DNA of 64,000 nt from Pseudomonadota bacterium (lineage in GTDB: Bacteria; Pseudomonadota; Gammaproteobacteria; Steroidobacterales; Steroidobacteraceae), in NCBI GenBank assembly GCA_031394735.1, contig JANMXI010000075.1:435-64434 (forward strand), in the 5' to 3' direction. Made by a program: the position numbers and the translations under genes. The number at the start of each line of letters is the position of its first letter. Positions within the stretch are counted from its first letter, which is position 1. The notes under the pieces are model-generated. The model was not told where the DNA came from and did not search any database. It saw only the letters and a list, made by a program, of their open reading frames with translations. Below are positions 40,657 through 52,311 of this stretch, piece after piece.

Positions 40657-42891
40657 CTAAAAAGTGCGGCCCAGAAACAGATAGAACGCGCTGCTGCCGG
40701 CTTCATCGTAGCCGGCGCCCAGATACAAAGGTCCGAGCAGTGTATCCAGCCCGAGGAACAACGCCGCATCCTTGTGCGCCGAGTCGAAGCTCATGTCGCC
40801 GCGCTTGTTCCAGGCATTGCCCACTTCCAGCGCGAGGCCCAGATACGCTGGAAAATCCAGCAAGCCCTGGCCACCCCGGCCGATTTTGCGGAAGTAGATG
40901 GCGCGGGTGATCGCGTAATGCTGGCCGGTGACCGACTGCGGCGGACGGCCCGATAAATTGAAAAAACCACCGAGGGTGTACAAATCCTGGATCGGCGTCG
41001 CGCCGTCCACGCTCAGAGTCGTGCCGAAGGTGGTCCATGACACCAGAGAATTGCGGCCGCGTGAGCCGGCGACCAGCCAATCGGTCTGCAGACGGTCGGC
41101 GCGGATATCGGCGCCCAGACCGGTGCGCTGACCGTTCCATTGGATGCTGAAGGTCTGACCCTGGCGCGGGAAGTCCAGATTGTCGAGACGATCGTAGCTG
41201 AACTTGAAAAACAGCTCGCCCGACTGAAAGCGCTCCACCGGCAACGCGCGGTCGCCAAGCCGTACCCGCGCAACACCGCTGCCAAAATGCACGCCGCTGC
41301 GTATCTCGCCCCAATTGCCGAGGTCGCGTCCAAAATCGAGATCTGCCTGTGAATTGCGTACGCGGTATTCCGCGATGCGCACCTCCTGGTCATAGATCGG
41401 CAGGCTGCGTACTTCGGATCGCAAACTGGGCGCGAGAAACCAGCGCCGGTCCGCGGTCAGCGGCTGATAGAACTCGGAGGATGCCTTTGGATTCTCGCCG
41501 ATCTGCAGATCGGTCAACCACTCGCCGCCGAGCCGGTTGATCTCGGTGACGATGAATCGTGCCGCCGCGTTGTAACTGCTGTTGCCCTGAAAATCGTCCT
41601 GAAGGTTGAGCCCGAAGCGGATGTAGTTCGGACCCCAGGATTTGCGGCGCGCGTGGACTTCGATACCGGTCTGGTCGTCGTTGCCGACCTTGCGTTTGAC
41701 GATGGCGTAGTCGAGGGATTCAAAATTATCCAGCCCATACAGGTCGGTCAGTCCTTCGCCGAGCTGTTTGACGTCGAGCGGCTTGCCCAGCAGCGGCTGC
41801 ATGGCCGCCATGATGGTGGGCGCATAGCGTTTGGAGAGCGGATCGATGCTCACGAAATCGATGCGCGGCGTCTGCGGCGAGCGCGCGCCGCGACGCTGTT
41901 TGTAACGGGCGTAATCCTCGTCGCTCACACTTAAGGTAGCTAGAGCCGGGCTCAAGGAACGCGCAGCGGTCTCGCCCCGCTCGATTGCCTTGGCTGCCGA
42001 CGAAAAATCCGTCGATGCCATATCGAACAAATCCGGCTCGATCAACACATCGCGCTTTGACAGCGTGGCCTTCTGCCGTTCCGCATCGCGCCGCACCAGG
42101 ATGGCCAGCATTTGATTGGAGACCGCCAGCGCCGACTCGAGATGATCGCGAGTCTGCAACTGGAAGCTCACGTCCACCACCAGCAGGATGTCGGCGCCCA
42201 TGGCCCGCGCCACATCCATCGGCAGATTTTCCGACAAACCGCCGTCGACGAGCAGCGCGCCATCGCGTTCGACCGGCGCAAATACGCCCGGTGCGGACAT
42301 GCTGGCGCGCATCGCGGCTGCCAGATCGCCCTGATCCATGAGCACGCCTCGACCGGTTTCAAGATTGGTGGCAACGGCTCGGAACGGCGTCGGCATTTCA
42401 TCGAAGCGGGTTCGATCGCTGACCTGCAGGGTCATGCTGCGCAACATCTGCTGCAACTTCTGCCCTTGCACCAACCCTCGCGGGAGCAGGAGGTGCCCGT
42501 GCTTCAAGCCCAGCGGGAAACGCACCAGAAAGTTGCGATCGTCCTGCTTGCGTCGAAACGCCAGATCACGGCGCGACGGACGGTCGCGAAACGCGTCCTG
42601 CCAATCCAGGGAGCGAACCACGGATTCGATCTCGCGCGAGTCCATTCCGGATGCATACAGTCCGCCGACTACCGCGCCGACGCTGGTGCCGGCGATGCAG
42701 TCAACCGGAATCTTGAGATCTTCGAGAACTTTGAGCACGCCGATATGGGCAAAGCCGCGTGCACCGCCGCCGGACAGCACCAGACCGACGCGCGGCCGGC
42801 CAGGATTCAAGTCAGTATTGCAGCCGCCCGTGACCTGCGTGAACGCCGCGGCCGGAAAGCACAGCATCAAGGCTAGAAAAACACGCGGCAT
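40657..42891 (-). CDS. Patatin-like phospholipase fused to POTRA/Omp85-type beta-barrel (PlpD-like, type Vd secretion)
   Basis: Signal peptide MPRVFLALMLCFPAAAF, oxyanion GGGARG, GTSVG (GxSxG), DGG catalytic Asp motif (LLVDGGLSENLP), and a C-terminal barrel ending ..FYLFLGRTF. Confidence 0.8.
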   Translation of the reverse strand: MPRVFLALMLCFPAAAFTQVTGGCNTDLNPGRPRVGLVLSGGGARGFAHIGVLKVLEDLKIPVDCIAGTSVGAVVGGLYASGMDSREIESVVRSLDWQDAFRDRPSRRDLAFRRKQDDRNFLVRFPLGLKHGHLLLPRGLVQGQKLQQMLRSMTLQVSDRTRFDEMPTPFRAVATNLETGRGVLMDQGDLAAAMRASMSAPGVFAPVERDGALLVDGGLSENLPMDVARAMGADILLVVDVSFQLQTRDHLESALAVSNQMLAILVRRDAERQKATLSKRDVLIEPDLFDMASTDFSSAAKAIERGETAARSLSPALATLSVSDEDYARYKQRRGARSPQTPRIDFVSIDPLSKRYAPTIMAAMQPLLGKPLDVKQLGEGLTDLYGLDNFESLDYAIVKRKVGNDDQTGIEVHARRKSWGPNYIRFGLNLQDDFQGNSSYNAAARFIVTEINRLGGEWLTDLQIGENPKASSEFYQPLTADRRWFLAPSLRSEVRSLPIYDQEVRIAEYRVRNSQADLDFGRDLGNWGEIRSGVHFGSGVARVRLGDRALPVERFQSGELFFKFSYDRLDNLDFPRQGQTFSIQWNGQRTGLGADIRADRLQTDWLVAGSRGRNSLVSWTTFGTTLSVDGATPIQDLYTLGGFFNLSGRPPQSVTGQHYAITRAIYFRKIGRGGQGLLDFPAYLGLALEVGNAWNKRGDMSFDSAHKDAALFLGLDTLLGPLYLGAGYDEAGSSAFYLFLGRTF

Positions 42892-42951
42892 GTTGGGGCG
42901 GCAGTTTATCACGGTCAACCGACCGCCCCCGCCGCAACAGACGCGCTCGCG

Positions 42952-44775
42952 CTATTGAAGCACGACACTGATCGCCGACGCGGTGAGCGTGTTCGTCGTC
43001 GCGTCATACCGGCCGTTGGCCACGACGCGTGCGATCGATTTGGCTGCCGTCGTCGTGGTGTTCAGTTCCGTCACAAAATCGGCGAATTTGCTGAATACTT
43101 TGATGCCCGCCGCAGCGCTGCCGATAGCGAAGCTGCTGCGTCCCGTGGTGCTTGCCACGATCGTCGGACTCGCGGGCAGCGTGGTCAGGTCGGTGCTCTG
43201 CGGACCCAGGTTCAGCGCGTGCAGGGTGCCTAGATTCGGATCGGCCAGATCGATGATCACCGAGGTGCTGCTGACGGTCGCGAACGGCGTCTTGGAACCG
43301 CCATTGATGAATTCAACCTGCAGTCGCGAGTCGAGCGTCGCAGCGGCGGCAAGACCACCGGCGGTAAAGTCGGGTGGCGCGGCGCCAAAGGCTGTGACAA
43401 ACCCAGTGCCGGCCGCATACAACCCCACCAGCGTGACATTGTCGACGGCATCCGTGCTCAGCTTGTAATTGGCGATGTCCGAAATCTGGGTGGCGCCGGT
43501 CCCTGCGAAATTGAACGCGCTGGCGGGCCATTCGTTGATGCCCAGCAGATCGAGGGTGGCGGTACCCACGCCGCCGGCGAGGACGGTGCCCCAAACGCGC
43601 GAAGGAACCACCCGCACGCGGCCTGCGGACGCATCCAGCGCAACGACACCGCTGGTCACCTTGGATTGACCCAGCGCAATGATCTGCTGTCCGACCGATA
43701 CATCTTGTTTATCGACGCCCGTAGCGGTGGGTTTGCCGTCGATGCTGACTACCGTGGCGGCAGCCAGCTTCACCGTTGCGTCCGCTGGATAGTAGGTGAA
43801 CCCGCCAACGCGCAGACTCAAGGTGGCGCCACGCAGGGTCAGCGTGTCGCCGGTGCGTGCAACGACGGTCCCTTCGATGCGATCCGCCGTCCCGCTTTCG
43901 ACGGCCGTGCCGATGTAAGCCTGCGTCAACGTAAACGTACCGGCGCTCGCATCCGGCGCATAGGTCGTATAGGCCGAGGTGATATTGCCGGTGCCGAGGT
44001 TGGTGACCGCCGTGATACCGTCGGCGCCGATAAAGCCGAAATTGTCGATGACATAGCTCGTCGTGGGTGTCGAGAACAACGTCAGCGACCCCAGACTGTT
44101 GGCCTCATCCAGGAACGGCCGGACATAGACCGTATAGGTCCCTTGCAACGAGTTGTAGCTCACCAGCGGACCGCGTATGCGAATCGCTTTGGTGGTGCTC
44201 GGATTGTTGTCCACGGTCACGAACGGCGTCGCCGTCACCGTGATCGGGGAGGTCGTCAGATTGATGCGATTCGACGCCGCCAGGTTGAAATCCATGTTCA
44301 ACCGCTGCGCGCCGCTCTGCGCGATGACCAGTGGATTGGCGGGATCGAACGTCACGACCACGCTCACCGTCGTCAACGCCGCGCCCGTGCCGCCCACCAC
44401 CTTGGTGGCCGTGGGAACTCCGTTCACATTCACGAACACCGCGGCATTGGTGTAATCCAGCGCGATGGTGGCCGAGGTGTAGGTGCCGACGGGCACACTG
44501 GTGCTGCTGACCATTTCGGAAATGTCGGACAACTTGGCGAAATCAACGGTTTCGGCGGCCGATACGCCGCTCACCACCGTGCCGTCCGAACGCTTCAGCG
44601 TCATCGAGGTCACGATGACTTTGTAGCTGGTGAAATCCCCATTGCTGTCGGTATAGGTGACGAAGGCATTGCCGTAGCCGTTGTTGTAGTTCTGGCGCTT
44701 TCCGCATCCGGCGGCCAGCAGCGTCACGCTCACCAGGGCCAGCGCGAGGACAATACGTTGAACGGTCGAATGCAT
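42952..44775 (-). CDS. Large Thr/Ser/Gly/Ala/Val-rich lipoprotein with DUF4382-like N-terminal domain
   Basis: Lipobox LLAAGCG. NAFVTYTDSNGDFTSYKVIVTSMTLKRSDG..VDFAKLSD..VPVGTYTSATIALDY fits the DUF4382 pattern. It ends 33 nt upstream of the PlpD-like gene on the same strand. Confidence 0.65.
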   Translation of the reverse strand: MHSTVQRIVLALALVSVTLLAAGCGKRQNYNNGYGNAFVTYTDSNGDFTSYKVIVTSMTLKRSDGTVVSGVSAAETVDFAKLSDISEMVSSTSVPVGTYTSATIALDYTNAAVFVNVNGVPTATKVVGGTGAALTTVSVVVTFDPANPLVIAQSGAQRLNMDFNLAASNRINLTTSPITVTATPFVTVDNNPSTTKAIRIRGPLVSYNSLQGTYTVYVRPFLDEANSLGSLTLFSTPTTSYVIDNFGFIGADGITAVTNLGTGNITSAYTTYAPDASAGTFTLTQAYIGTAVESGTADRIEGTVVARTGDTLTLRGATLSLRVGGFTYYPADATVKLAAATVVSIDGKPTATGVDKQDVSVGQQIIALGQSKVTSGVVALDASAGRVRVVPSRVWGTVLAGGVGTATLDLLGINEWPASAFNFAGTGATQISDIANYKLSTDAVDNVTLVGLYAAGTGFVTAFGAAPPDFTAGGLAAAATLDSRLQVEFINGGSKTPFATVSSTSVIIDLADPNLGTLHALNLGPQSTDLTTLPASPTIVASTTGRSSFAIGSAAAGIKVFSKFADFVTELNTTTTAAKSIARVVANGRYDATTNTLTASAISVVLQ

Positions 44776-44888
44776 ATCAAGACACCTGGTTATAAGTTCA
44801 AAGCGCAAATGTGGCTCACGCCTTTGGAAGGCGCGCGGCGTAATTCGTTCCCTTCAAAAGTGAGGAAGCCTGCTGTAGCGGACCCAAG

Positions 44889-46031
44889 TCAGCTTTTGGG
44901 CGCCGGCACTTGTTGAGTGATGCAATGGATATTGCCGCCGCCCAGCAGGATCTCCCGCGTCTGCACCCCCATGATACGCCGAGTCGGAAACAAACGCGCC
45001 AGCGTGCGCGCAGCGGCGCGGTCGCGGCGCTTGTCGTAAAGAGGCATCACCAACACCTTGTTTGCAACATAGAAATTGATATAGGAGGCCGGCAGACGAT
45101 CCCCGACACGCCGCGGGTAGGTGCCTTCGCGAACATCCAGACCGGCCACCTCCTCGCGCGTCATATACAGAGGGTCGGGTTGATGAATCTTGTGGATGGT
45201 GAGTGACCGGCCACGGGCATCGCGCGCGCTTTTCAGGCGCTGGTAGGCATCCAAGGAGATCTCGTATTGAGGGTCGCTGCGATCCGAGGTCCAGGTGAGC
45301 GCCACCTGTCCGGGAGCGACGAAACACGCCAATTCGTCGATATGGCCGTCGGTTTCGTCCAGATATACGCCACGGTCCAGCCAGATGACGCGGCGGATGC
45401 CCAGGTAGCGCTGCAATTCAACCTCGACCTGCGCGCGCGACAAATGCGGATTGCGGTTCGGATTGAGCAGGCATTCCTCGGTGGTCAGGCAGGTCCCCTG
45501 CCCGTCGACGTGGATAGCACCACCCTCCAGGACGAACGGCGCACGGTACCGGTCGGCATTTTCGATCTCGGCAATCTTGCGCGCGACCTCATCGTCGCGG
45601 TCCCACGGCGAATACAGACCGCCGGCGTGACCGCCCCAGGCGTTGAAAATCCAATCCACGGCACGACGACGACCGCGGTCGTCGATGACGAAAGTCGGCC
45701 CAGAATCGCGCACCCAGGCATCGTTGCTGCTGATTTCGACGACCCGGATCGGTGCTCCCAGCCGCGCCCGGGCATTTTGGAATTGTTGGGCGGAGACGCC
45801 CACCGTCACCGGTTCGCCCATGGCAATCGCGGTGGCGACGGCGGCAAAAGCAGCCTGCGCAGGCTTTGCTCCCGCGCGCCAATTGTCGCAGCGTTCCGGC
45901 CACAACATCCAACAGCCGGAATGCCGTTCGTACTCGGCCGGCATGCGGAATTTGTCCCGCTCCGGCGTGGAATTCAAGGTTCGCAAAGTGATTCTCCTGG
46001 CCCGCAATGCTAGCATTGCGCCCCCGTGCAT
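44889..46031 (-). CDS. aguA: Agmatine deiminase
   Basis: [32 protein letters not shown]-terminal [11 protein letters not shown] catalytic Cys motif. The start could be Met6. Confidence 0.9.
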   Translation of the reverse strand: MHGGAMLALRARRITLRTLNSTPERDKFRMPAEYERHSGCWMLWPERCDNWRAGAKPAQAAFAAVATAIAMGEPVTVGVSAQQFQNARARLGAPIRVVEISSNDAWVRDSGPTFVIDDRGRRRAVDWIFNAWGGHAGGLYSPWDRDDEVARKIAEIENADRYRAPFVLEGGAIHVDGQGTCLTTEECLLNPNRNPHLSRAQVEVELQRYLGIRRVIWLDRGVYLDETDGHIDELACFVAPGQVALTWTSDRSDPQYEISLDAYQRLKSARDARGRSLTIHKIHQPDPLYMTREEVAGLDVREGTYPRRVGDRLPASYINFYVANKVLVMPLYDKRRDRAAARTLARLFPTRRIMGVQTREILLGGGNIHCITQQVPAPKS

Positions 46032-46045
46032 AGGAGTCGCTAAGA

Positions 46046-47353
<1,308 letters not shown>

Positions 47354-49082
47354 GGAGTGCGCGCAGGCCATCGTCGATGCGTTCGTCGGCTACAACACCG
47401 ACTTTCGTAGCGTCACGCGCCGGGCACCGCAGCGGTTCGAATCCCGTGACTGGATCGGCAGCCAGCGCGATGCCGTCGAGCGCATCGAACTCTACGACCG
47501 CCGCGTCAAGCAGATCATCGCCTCGTTGAGCGAGCGCTGCGGTGAGCGCGTACGCGATCGATCGTTGTGGATCGGCGCCAAGCAGCGCTTCGCCGGCATG
47601 ATCGAATCAATGCCGGACAACGAGTTCATGAAGACCTTCTTCAGTTCGGCCTCGCGCAGCCTGTTCGGCACGGTGGGCCTGGACCCGGCAATTGAATTCG
47701 TTGCATTGGACTTGGACCCTTTACGTGGCGCACAGACCCATGCGCTCACCAACACCTACGTCAATCGCGGCTCGCTCGAATTGTTGTTCGAAGAAGTGCT
47801 GGCAGATTTCCGTTTCAAGACGCCGTACAAAAACTTCGACAAGACCGTCGCCATGATTGCGGCCACCGCAACTGCCGCCTGCGAATCAGACGGCGAGCGG
47901 CGCAGCGTTGACAGAGTGGAGATCATCCGCCCCGTTTTCTATCAGATCACGCGCGCGTACGTGGTGGGCCGCATCATCGGCAGGGGATGGATGCTGCCAT
48001 TGGTGATCGCACTGAAGAACACCGATGGCGGAGTGCTGGTGGATGCCGTCATGACCACCGAAGACCGGGTCAGCGTCTTGTTCAGCTTCACCCGCAGCTA
48101 CTACCACGTGGACCTCGACCGCGTGGGTGATGCGGTGCTGTTTCTGCATTCGATTCTGCCGCGCAAACCCATCAGCGAACTGTTCATCGTGTTGGGCCGC
48201 GCGCGCCAGGGTAAAACCGAACGCTACCGCGAATTGTTCCGTCACCTCGGCCAGTCCGCCGACGAATTCACGACCGCACCGGGCGAACGGGGCCTGGTGA
48301 TGGTGGTGTTCACCCTGCCCTCCTTCGACGTGGTGTTCAAGTTGATCCGCGACCGCTTCGCATACCCGAAGAACATCCTGCGAGAAGAAGTGCTGGCGAA
48401 GTACGAGCTGGTCTTCAAGCATGACCGCGCGGGACGACTGGTGGATGCACAGGAATTCAAGCGGCTGCGCTTTCCGCTGAAACGTTTTTCCAAACCATTG
48501 CTCGACGAACTGTTGAGCGAGACCGCCGGAACCGTGCATCTGGATGGCGATGATCTCATCATCGACCACTGCTACATCGAACGGCGCATGACGCCGTTGA
48601 ACCTGTTCCTGCGAACGGCGACTCGCGAAGATGCGATCGCCGCGGTGCTGGACTACGGACAGGCGATCCGCGACCTCGCCAATACGAACATCTTCGCCGG
48701 TGACCTGTTGCTGAAGAATTTCGGCGTCACGCGCCACGGCCGGGTGATCTTCTACGACTACGACGAGTTGTGCGCCGTCACCGACTGCCGCTTTCGAGAC
48801 ATGCCGCAGGCGACCAACGATGAGGATGAAATGCGCGCCGAGTCGTGGTTTTACGTCGGCGACTCCGACGTCTTTCCGGAGACCTTCATCAATTTTCTAG
48901 GGTTCGACGACGAGCTCAAGGCACTGTTTCTGAAATTCCACGGCGCGATATTGACGGCGGATTTCTGGCGCGGCGTGCAGCAGCGCGTCAGTCAGGGAGA
49001 GGTTCTCGAAGTATTGCCGTATCAGTCGGCCCGGGTCAGCGCGTTCAGCAGCTTGTAGATAGAATGCTGACTCAATTTATGA

Positions 49083-49340
49083 CTACTGATGCCAACCAAT
49101 TTTGTTAGCGCTGCTGGCCGCTTCTCTTACATAATTGACTAGGCGTTCATCCATTTGATCGCCAAGCCGATATTCGTGGATGTTCACAATCTTCCGAGCA
49201 CCCCACCAATCAGGTGGTTGTTCGAAAACAAAGAAATCCGGAAATGCCTCTCACACCGCCTCGACGGTCGGAGCGGTCACCCAATAGCAGATGCCACCAG
49301 TTCCATAGTCGTAGCACATCAAATACCCGACCCGATGCAT
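49083..49340 (-). pseudogene. 85-codon ORF of unknown family broken by an in-frame TGA (49251-49253)
   Basis: MHRVGYLMCYDYGTGGICYWVTAPTVEAV*EAFPDFFVFEQPPDWWGARKIVNIHEYRLGDQMDERLVNYVREAASSANKIGWHQ*. The DNA is low-GC and lies directly downstream of vapC. Any SUKH/SMI1-like resemblance is only a guess. Confidence 0.3.
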
Positions 49341-49351
49341 GTCTCGCCCGC

Positions 49352-49756
49352 CTACTGCGTCCAGTTTTCAATCTTGAGATGCGGAACGCGACCGAACTCA
49401 CCGGTATTGTTGGTCACGAGCATCAAATCGAGCGAACGGGCGTGCGCAGCAATAAACAGATCGTTGGCGCCGATCATTGCTCCGCGCGCTTTGAGCGCGG
49501 CGCGGATCTGTGCGTAGTGAATTGCTGCTTCGTCAGGGAAATCCAAAACCATTACGTGCCGCAGATACTCTTCGAGCGCAGCTTGATCCTGCTGACGCTT
49601 GGGAGATTCTTCGACGCCGAACATCAGTTCCGACTTGGTGATGACCGAGATGCAGACGACTTCGAGAGCGACTTTTCGAAGCTTTTTCAGAACGGCGTCA
49701 TGAGAGCGCTTCATGATGTAGGAAGAAATGTCGGTATCGAGCATGTACTCGGCCAT
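49352..49756 (-). CDS. vapC: Type II toxin VapC (PIN-domain ribonuclease)
   Basis: MLDTDISSY (Asp), ITKSELMFG (Glu), GANDLFIAAHA (Asp), VTNNTGEF. 134 aa. Its start overlaps the vapB stop by 1 nt. Confidence 0.9.
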   Translation of the reverse strand: MAEYMLDTDISSYIMKRSHDAVLKKLRKVALEVVCISVITKSELMFGVEESPKRQQDQAALEEYLRHVMVLDFPDEAAIHYAQIRAALKARGAMIGANDLFIAAHARSLDLMLVTNNTGEFGRVPHLKIENWTQ

Positions 49757-49989
49757 CAGGGGTCGCGTTCCTGCGCCGACAAGTCGTCAACAGCCTCCAT
49801 AAACTCCTTCGAGGCAACGGGTCCCGACGAGAGGTAAGCGGACCAGTCCATCGGGCGGGCGGATAGGACCACATCCTCGCCCTGCCGGCGAATGAACACC
49901 TCAGAGGTATTGAACTGAAACTCTTTCGGCAGCCGAACGGCTTGGCTACGGTTATTCATGAAAATCTTGGCTGTGCGTTGCAAGGCCAC
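49756..49989 (-). CDS. vapB: Type II antitoxin VapB (AbrB/SpoVT-like)
   Basis: [35 protein letters not shown] swapped-hairpin motif, 77 aa. Confidence 0.85.
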   Translation of the reverse strand: MALQRTAKIFMNNRSQAVRLPKEFQFNTSEVFIRRQGEDVVLSARPMDWSAYLSSGPVASKEFMEAVDDLSAQERDP

Positions 49990-50002
49990 TCTCCGTACTC
50001 GC

Positions 50003-50026
50003 TGGCATATACATAAGTATATGCCA
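50003..50026. promoter_or_regulatory. Perfect 10-4-10 palindrome, candidate VapBC operator
   Basis: TGGCATATAC ATAA GTATATGCCA lies 14 nt upstream of the vapB start codon. Confidence 0.5.
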
Positions 50027-50050
50027 ACTTCGCCTCATTTGCCAAGATCC

Positions 50051-51478
50051 CTACGCCACCTGACACGCGCTCGGACGCGCAATAGCACCGGCAGCCAGCT
50101 GCTTGAGCACATCAAATGCCGCGATCCGGTAGCTTTCCGTCATGGTCGGAAAATTGAACACCTGCTCGACGAAGAACGTGGCCGTGGCGCCCGACGCGAT
50201 CGCCGCCTGACCCAGATGCACGAGTTCAGTGGCGCCCTCGCCTACGATCTGCACACCCACCACCTGCAGTGAACTGCGCTCGCAAATCAATTGCAGCAGA
50301 CCCACTTCGTGCCCCGCAATGTGCGCGCGGGCCACTTCGGAGAAATCCGCGCTGCCAATCACCACATCGACGTTGCGACGCGCCGCCTCACTCGGGCTCA
50401 AGCCTACGCAGGCGATTTCCGGAATCGTATAGACACCCGTCGGAATCAACTCCGGCACGATGGACGAAGGCAGTCCGAGTGCAGCACGCGCCGCCTGCCG
50501 ACCCTGATCGGCAGCGGCGCAAGCAAGCGCCGGTGGACCGATGACATCGCCGGCAGCGAAGACGCCCGGAATATTGGTGGCGAAACGCTCATCCACCTGC
50601 ACATGACCGCGTGCCGTCATGGTCACGCCGATCCGCTCCAATCCCAACCCCTCGACGTTTGCAATTCGCCCCATCGCCGCCAGCACGATGTCGGCACGCA
50701 GCGTCTCACCGGATTTCAACGCCATATCCACGCCGGCGAAGCCGTCGTATGCCGCGCTGACGACGTCCACGCTGCCCCGATAAATGCCGCCCGCATCGGT
50801 AAACGCGCGCAGAAAGCTGGCACGCAGAACCGGGTCCAGAAAACCCAGTGGTTCCGGCGCCTTGTCGACCAGCGTCACGGTAGTGCCCAGTGCTGCGAAG
50901 ATGGAGGCGTACTCGCAAGCGATGACGCCGCTGCCCAGCACCAACAGGGATTCGGGCAGGTACCCCAACGACAGAATGGAGTCGCTGTCCAAAATGCGCT
51001 CGTGATCCACCGGCACAGACGGCACATGCCGCGGCCGCGAGCCGGTGGCGATCAGAATTCGGGAGGCCTGCAGTTCGGTGAGCGTACCATCAAGCGACTC
51101 GACCGCGACCAGGCCAGGCGAGCGGATACGGCCACGGCCGCGCAGCAGCAGCACGCCGTTGCGCGACAGTTGATCGCGCAGATACCGATCCTGCGCGGCC
51201 ACCACATTCTCGACACCGGACAACAACGCCGACAGCGGCGCGCGTCCGTTCAGTTCGACGGCCAGGGCCGAGGCGTGCTTTACAATGCGGCTATACCGCA
51301 GCGCCTGCTCTCGCAACGACTTGCTGGGAATCGTACCGGTCAGCAGACAGGCGCCGCCCACGAAAGCTTCCTGCTCGATGACCGCCGCAGTATGTCCCGC
51401 CTTCGCTGCCTGGATCGCGGCCTTCTGTCCTGCGGGACCTGAGCCGAAGCACACCAGATCAACTACACCCATCGTCAT
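50051..51478 (-). CDS. sthA: Soluble pyridine nucleotide transhydrogenase (Si-specific)
   Basis: FGSGPAGQKAA, VGGACLLTGTIPSKSLRE (a single Cys, as in SthA), ILDSDSILSL, YTIPEIACVG, FNFPTMTESYRIAA. Confidence 0.8.
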   Translation of the reverse strand: MTMGVVDLVCFGSGPAGQKAAIQAAKAGHTAAVIEQEAFVGGACLLTGTIPSKSLREQALRYSRIVKHASALAVELNGRAPLSALLSGVENVVAAQDRYLRDQLSRNGVLLLRGRGRIRSPGLVAVESLDGTLTELQASRILIATGSRPRHVPSVPVDHERILDSDSILSLGYLPESLLVLGSGVIACEYASIFAALGTTVTLVDKAPEPLGFLDPVLRASFLRAFTDAGGIYRGSVDVVSAAYDGFAGVDMALKSGETLRADIVLAAMGRIANVEGLGLERIGVTMTARGHVQVDERFATNIPGVFAAGDVIGPPALACAAADQGRQAARAALGLPSSIVPELIPTGVYTIPEIACVGLSPSEAARRNVDVVIGSADFSEVARAHIAGHEVGLLQLICERSSLQVVGVQIVGEGATELVHLGQAAIASGATATFFVEQVFNFPTMTESYRIAAFDVLKQLAAGAIARPSACQVA

Positions 51479-51480
51479 GG

Positions 51481-52311
51481 TTACGTTCCCGCCGTGGCGC
51501 GAATGGCGTCGCGCATGCCGACCAGCGTTTTACGTTGTTCCAGAAATACACCCAGGTGCTCGAAAGCAGGGCTCTCGAGCACTATTTCTTCGACCAGCAG
51601 TTGTGGATGCAGCGTATGCGCCGCCAACACATGCGCTGCATGCACGGTCGCCGCCAGATCCGATTGCGGTGAACTGCGGTAGTCGCGCCAGTCGGTGGCG
51701 CCCGCCTGGATGTCCGGCGCGATGCGCCAGCCCAGCATCAGCAGACGACCGAAGGCAGGATCGAATTCCGCGACCAATTCACTCAACGAGCGCTGGTCGA
51801 CCGCGGTGCGCTGCTCCACTTCGAAGCGCGACAGAATTTTTAGCGCCAGCGCAGCGCCGGTTCGATGCATGAGCGCCGCCAGAAAAGCATTCTCCACATG
51901 CCGGCGCCGCAGCCGCGCGATTTCCTTGGCCCACAGCGCGGCGAACCAGGCCTCGCGCCACAGCTCTTCGGATTCGGGTTCATGTCCGGGTGCGGCGAAC
52001 ACCTCGCCGCGCAGAACAATGGCCATGGCGATGCTGCGGACCTCGGCGATGCCGAGCCAGGACACCGCCTGCTGCAGCGACACGACAACAGACTTGGGCC
52101 GCAAGGCCGGCGAATTCGCCACCCGCATGATTTCGCCGGCGAGCACAGGATCCGACTGCAACAGGCGCGCAAACTGCGCTCCGTCACTGGAATCTTGTGC
52201 AGCCATCTCGGCGATCTTGGCGCAGATGCTCGGCATCGGCGCGATGCTCTGCGGCGCGGCCAGCGCAGCGTTCATATAGTCGCGCAGCGCCACGCCCGGA
52301 TCAGATGACAT
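51481..52311 (-). CDS. HDOD domain protein
   Basis: LLQSDPVLAGEIMRVANSPALR..SLQQAVSWLG is typical of HDOD. ATG 52309-52311 is preferred over the upstream TTG. Confidence 0.75.
   Translation of the reverse strand: MSSDPGVALRDYMNAALAAPQSIAPMPSICAKIAEMAAQDSSDGAQFARLLQSDPVLAGEIMRVANSPALRPKSVVVSLQQAVSWLGIAEVRSIAMAIVLRGEVFAAPGHEPESEELWREAWFAALWAKEIARLRRRHVENAFLAALMHRTGAALALKILSRFEVEQRTAVDQRSLSELVAEFDPAFGRLLMLGWRIAPDIQAGATDWRDYRSSPQSDLAATVHAAHVLAAHTLHPQLLVEEIVLESPAFEHLGVFLEQRKTLVGMRDAIRATAGT

Noticed and set aside
43666-44916. 416-aa plus-strand ORF (similar long shadow ORFs at 56556-58187, 50291-51442, 39417-40370, 20212-21003 and 25300-26187)
   Set aside because: All lie opposite or out of frame within confidently identified genes and have the biased Arg/Gly/His/Pro composition of non-coding frames in GC-rich DNA.
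47443-47453. GGTTCGAATCC, a perfect tRNA T-loop-like motif
   Set aside because: It lies inside aceK, where it codes for ..RFESRD... The flanking bases do not form a T-stem (AGCGG versus CCCGT), and there is no acceptor or anticodon arm.
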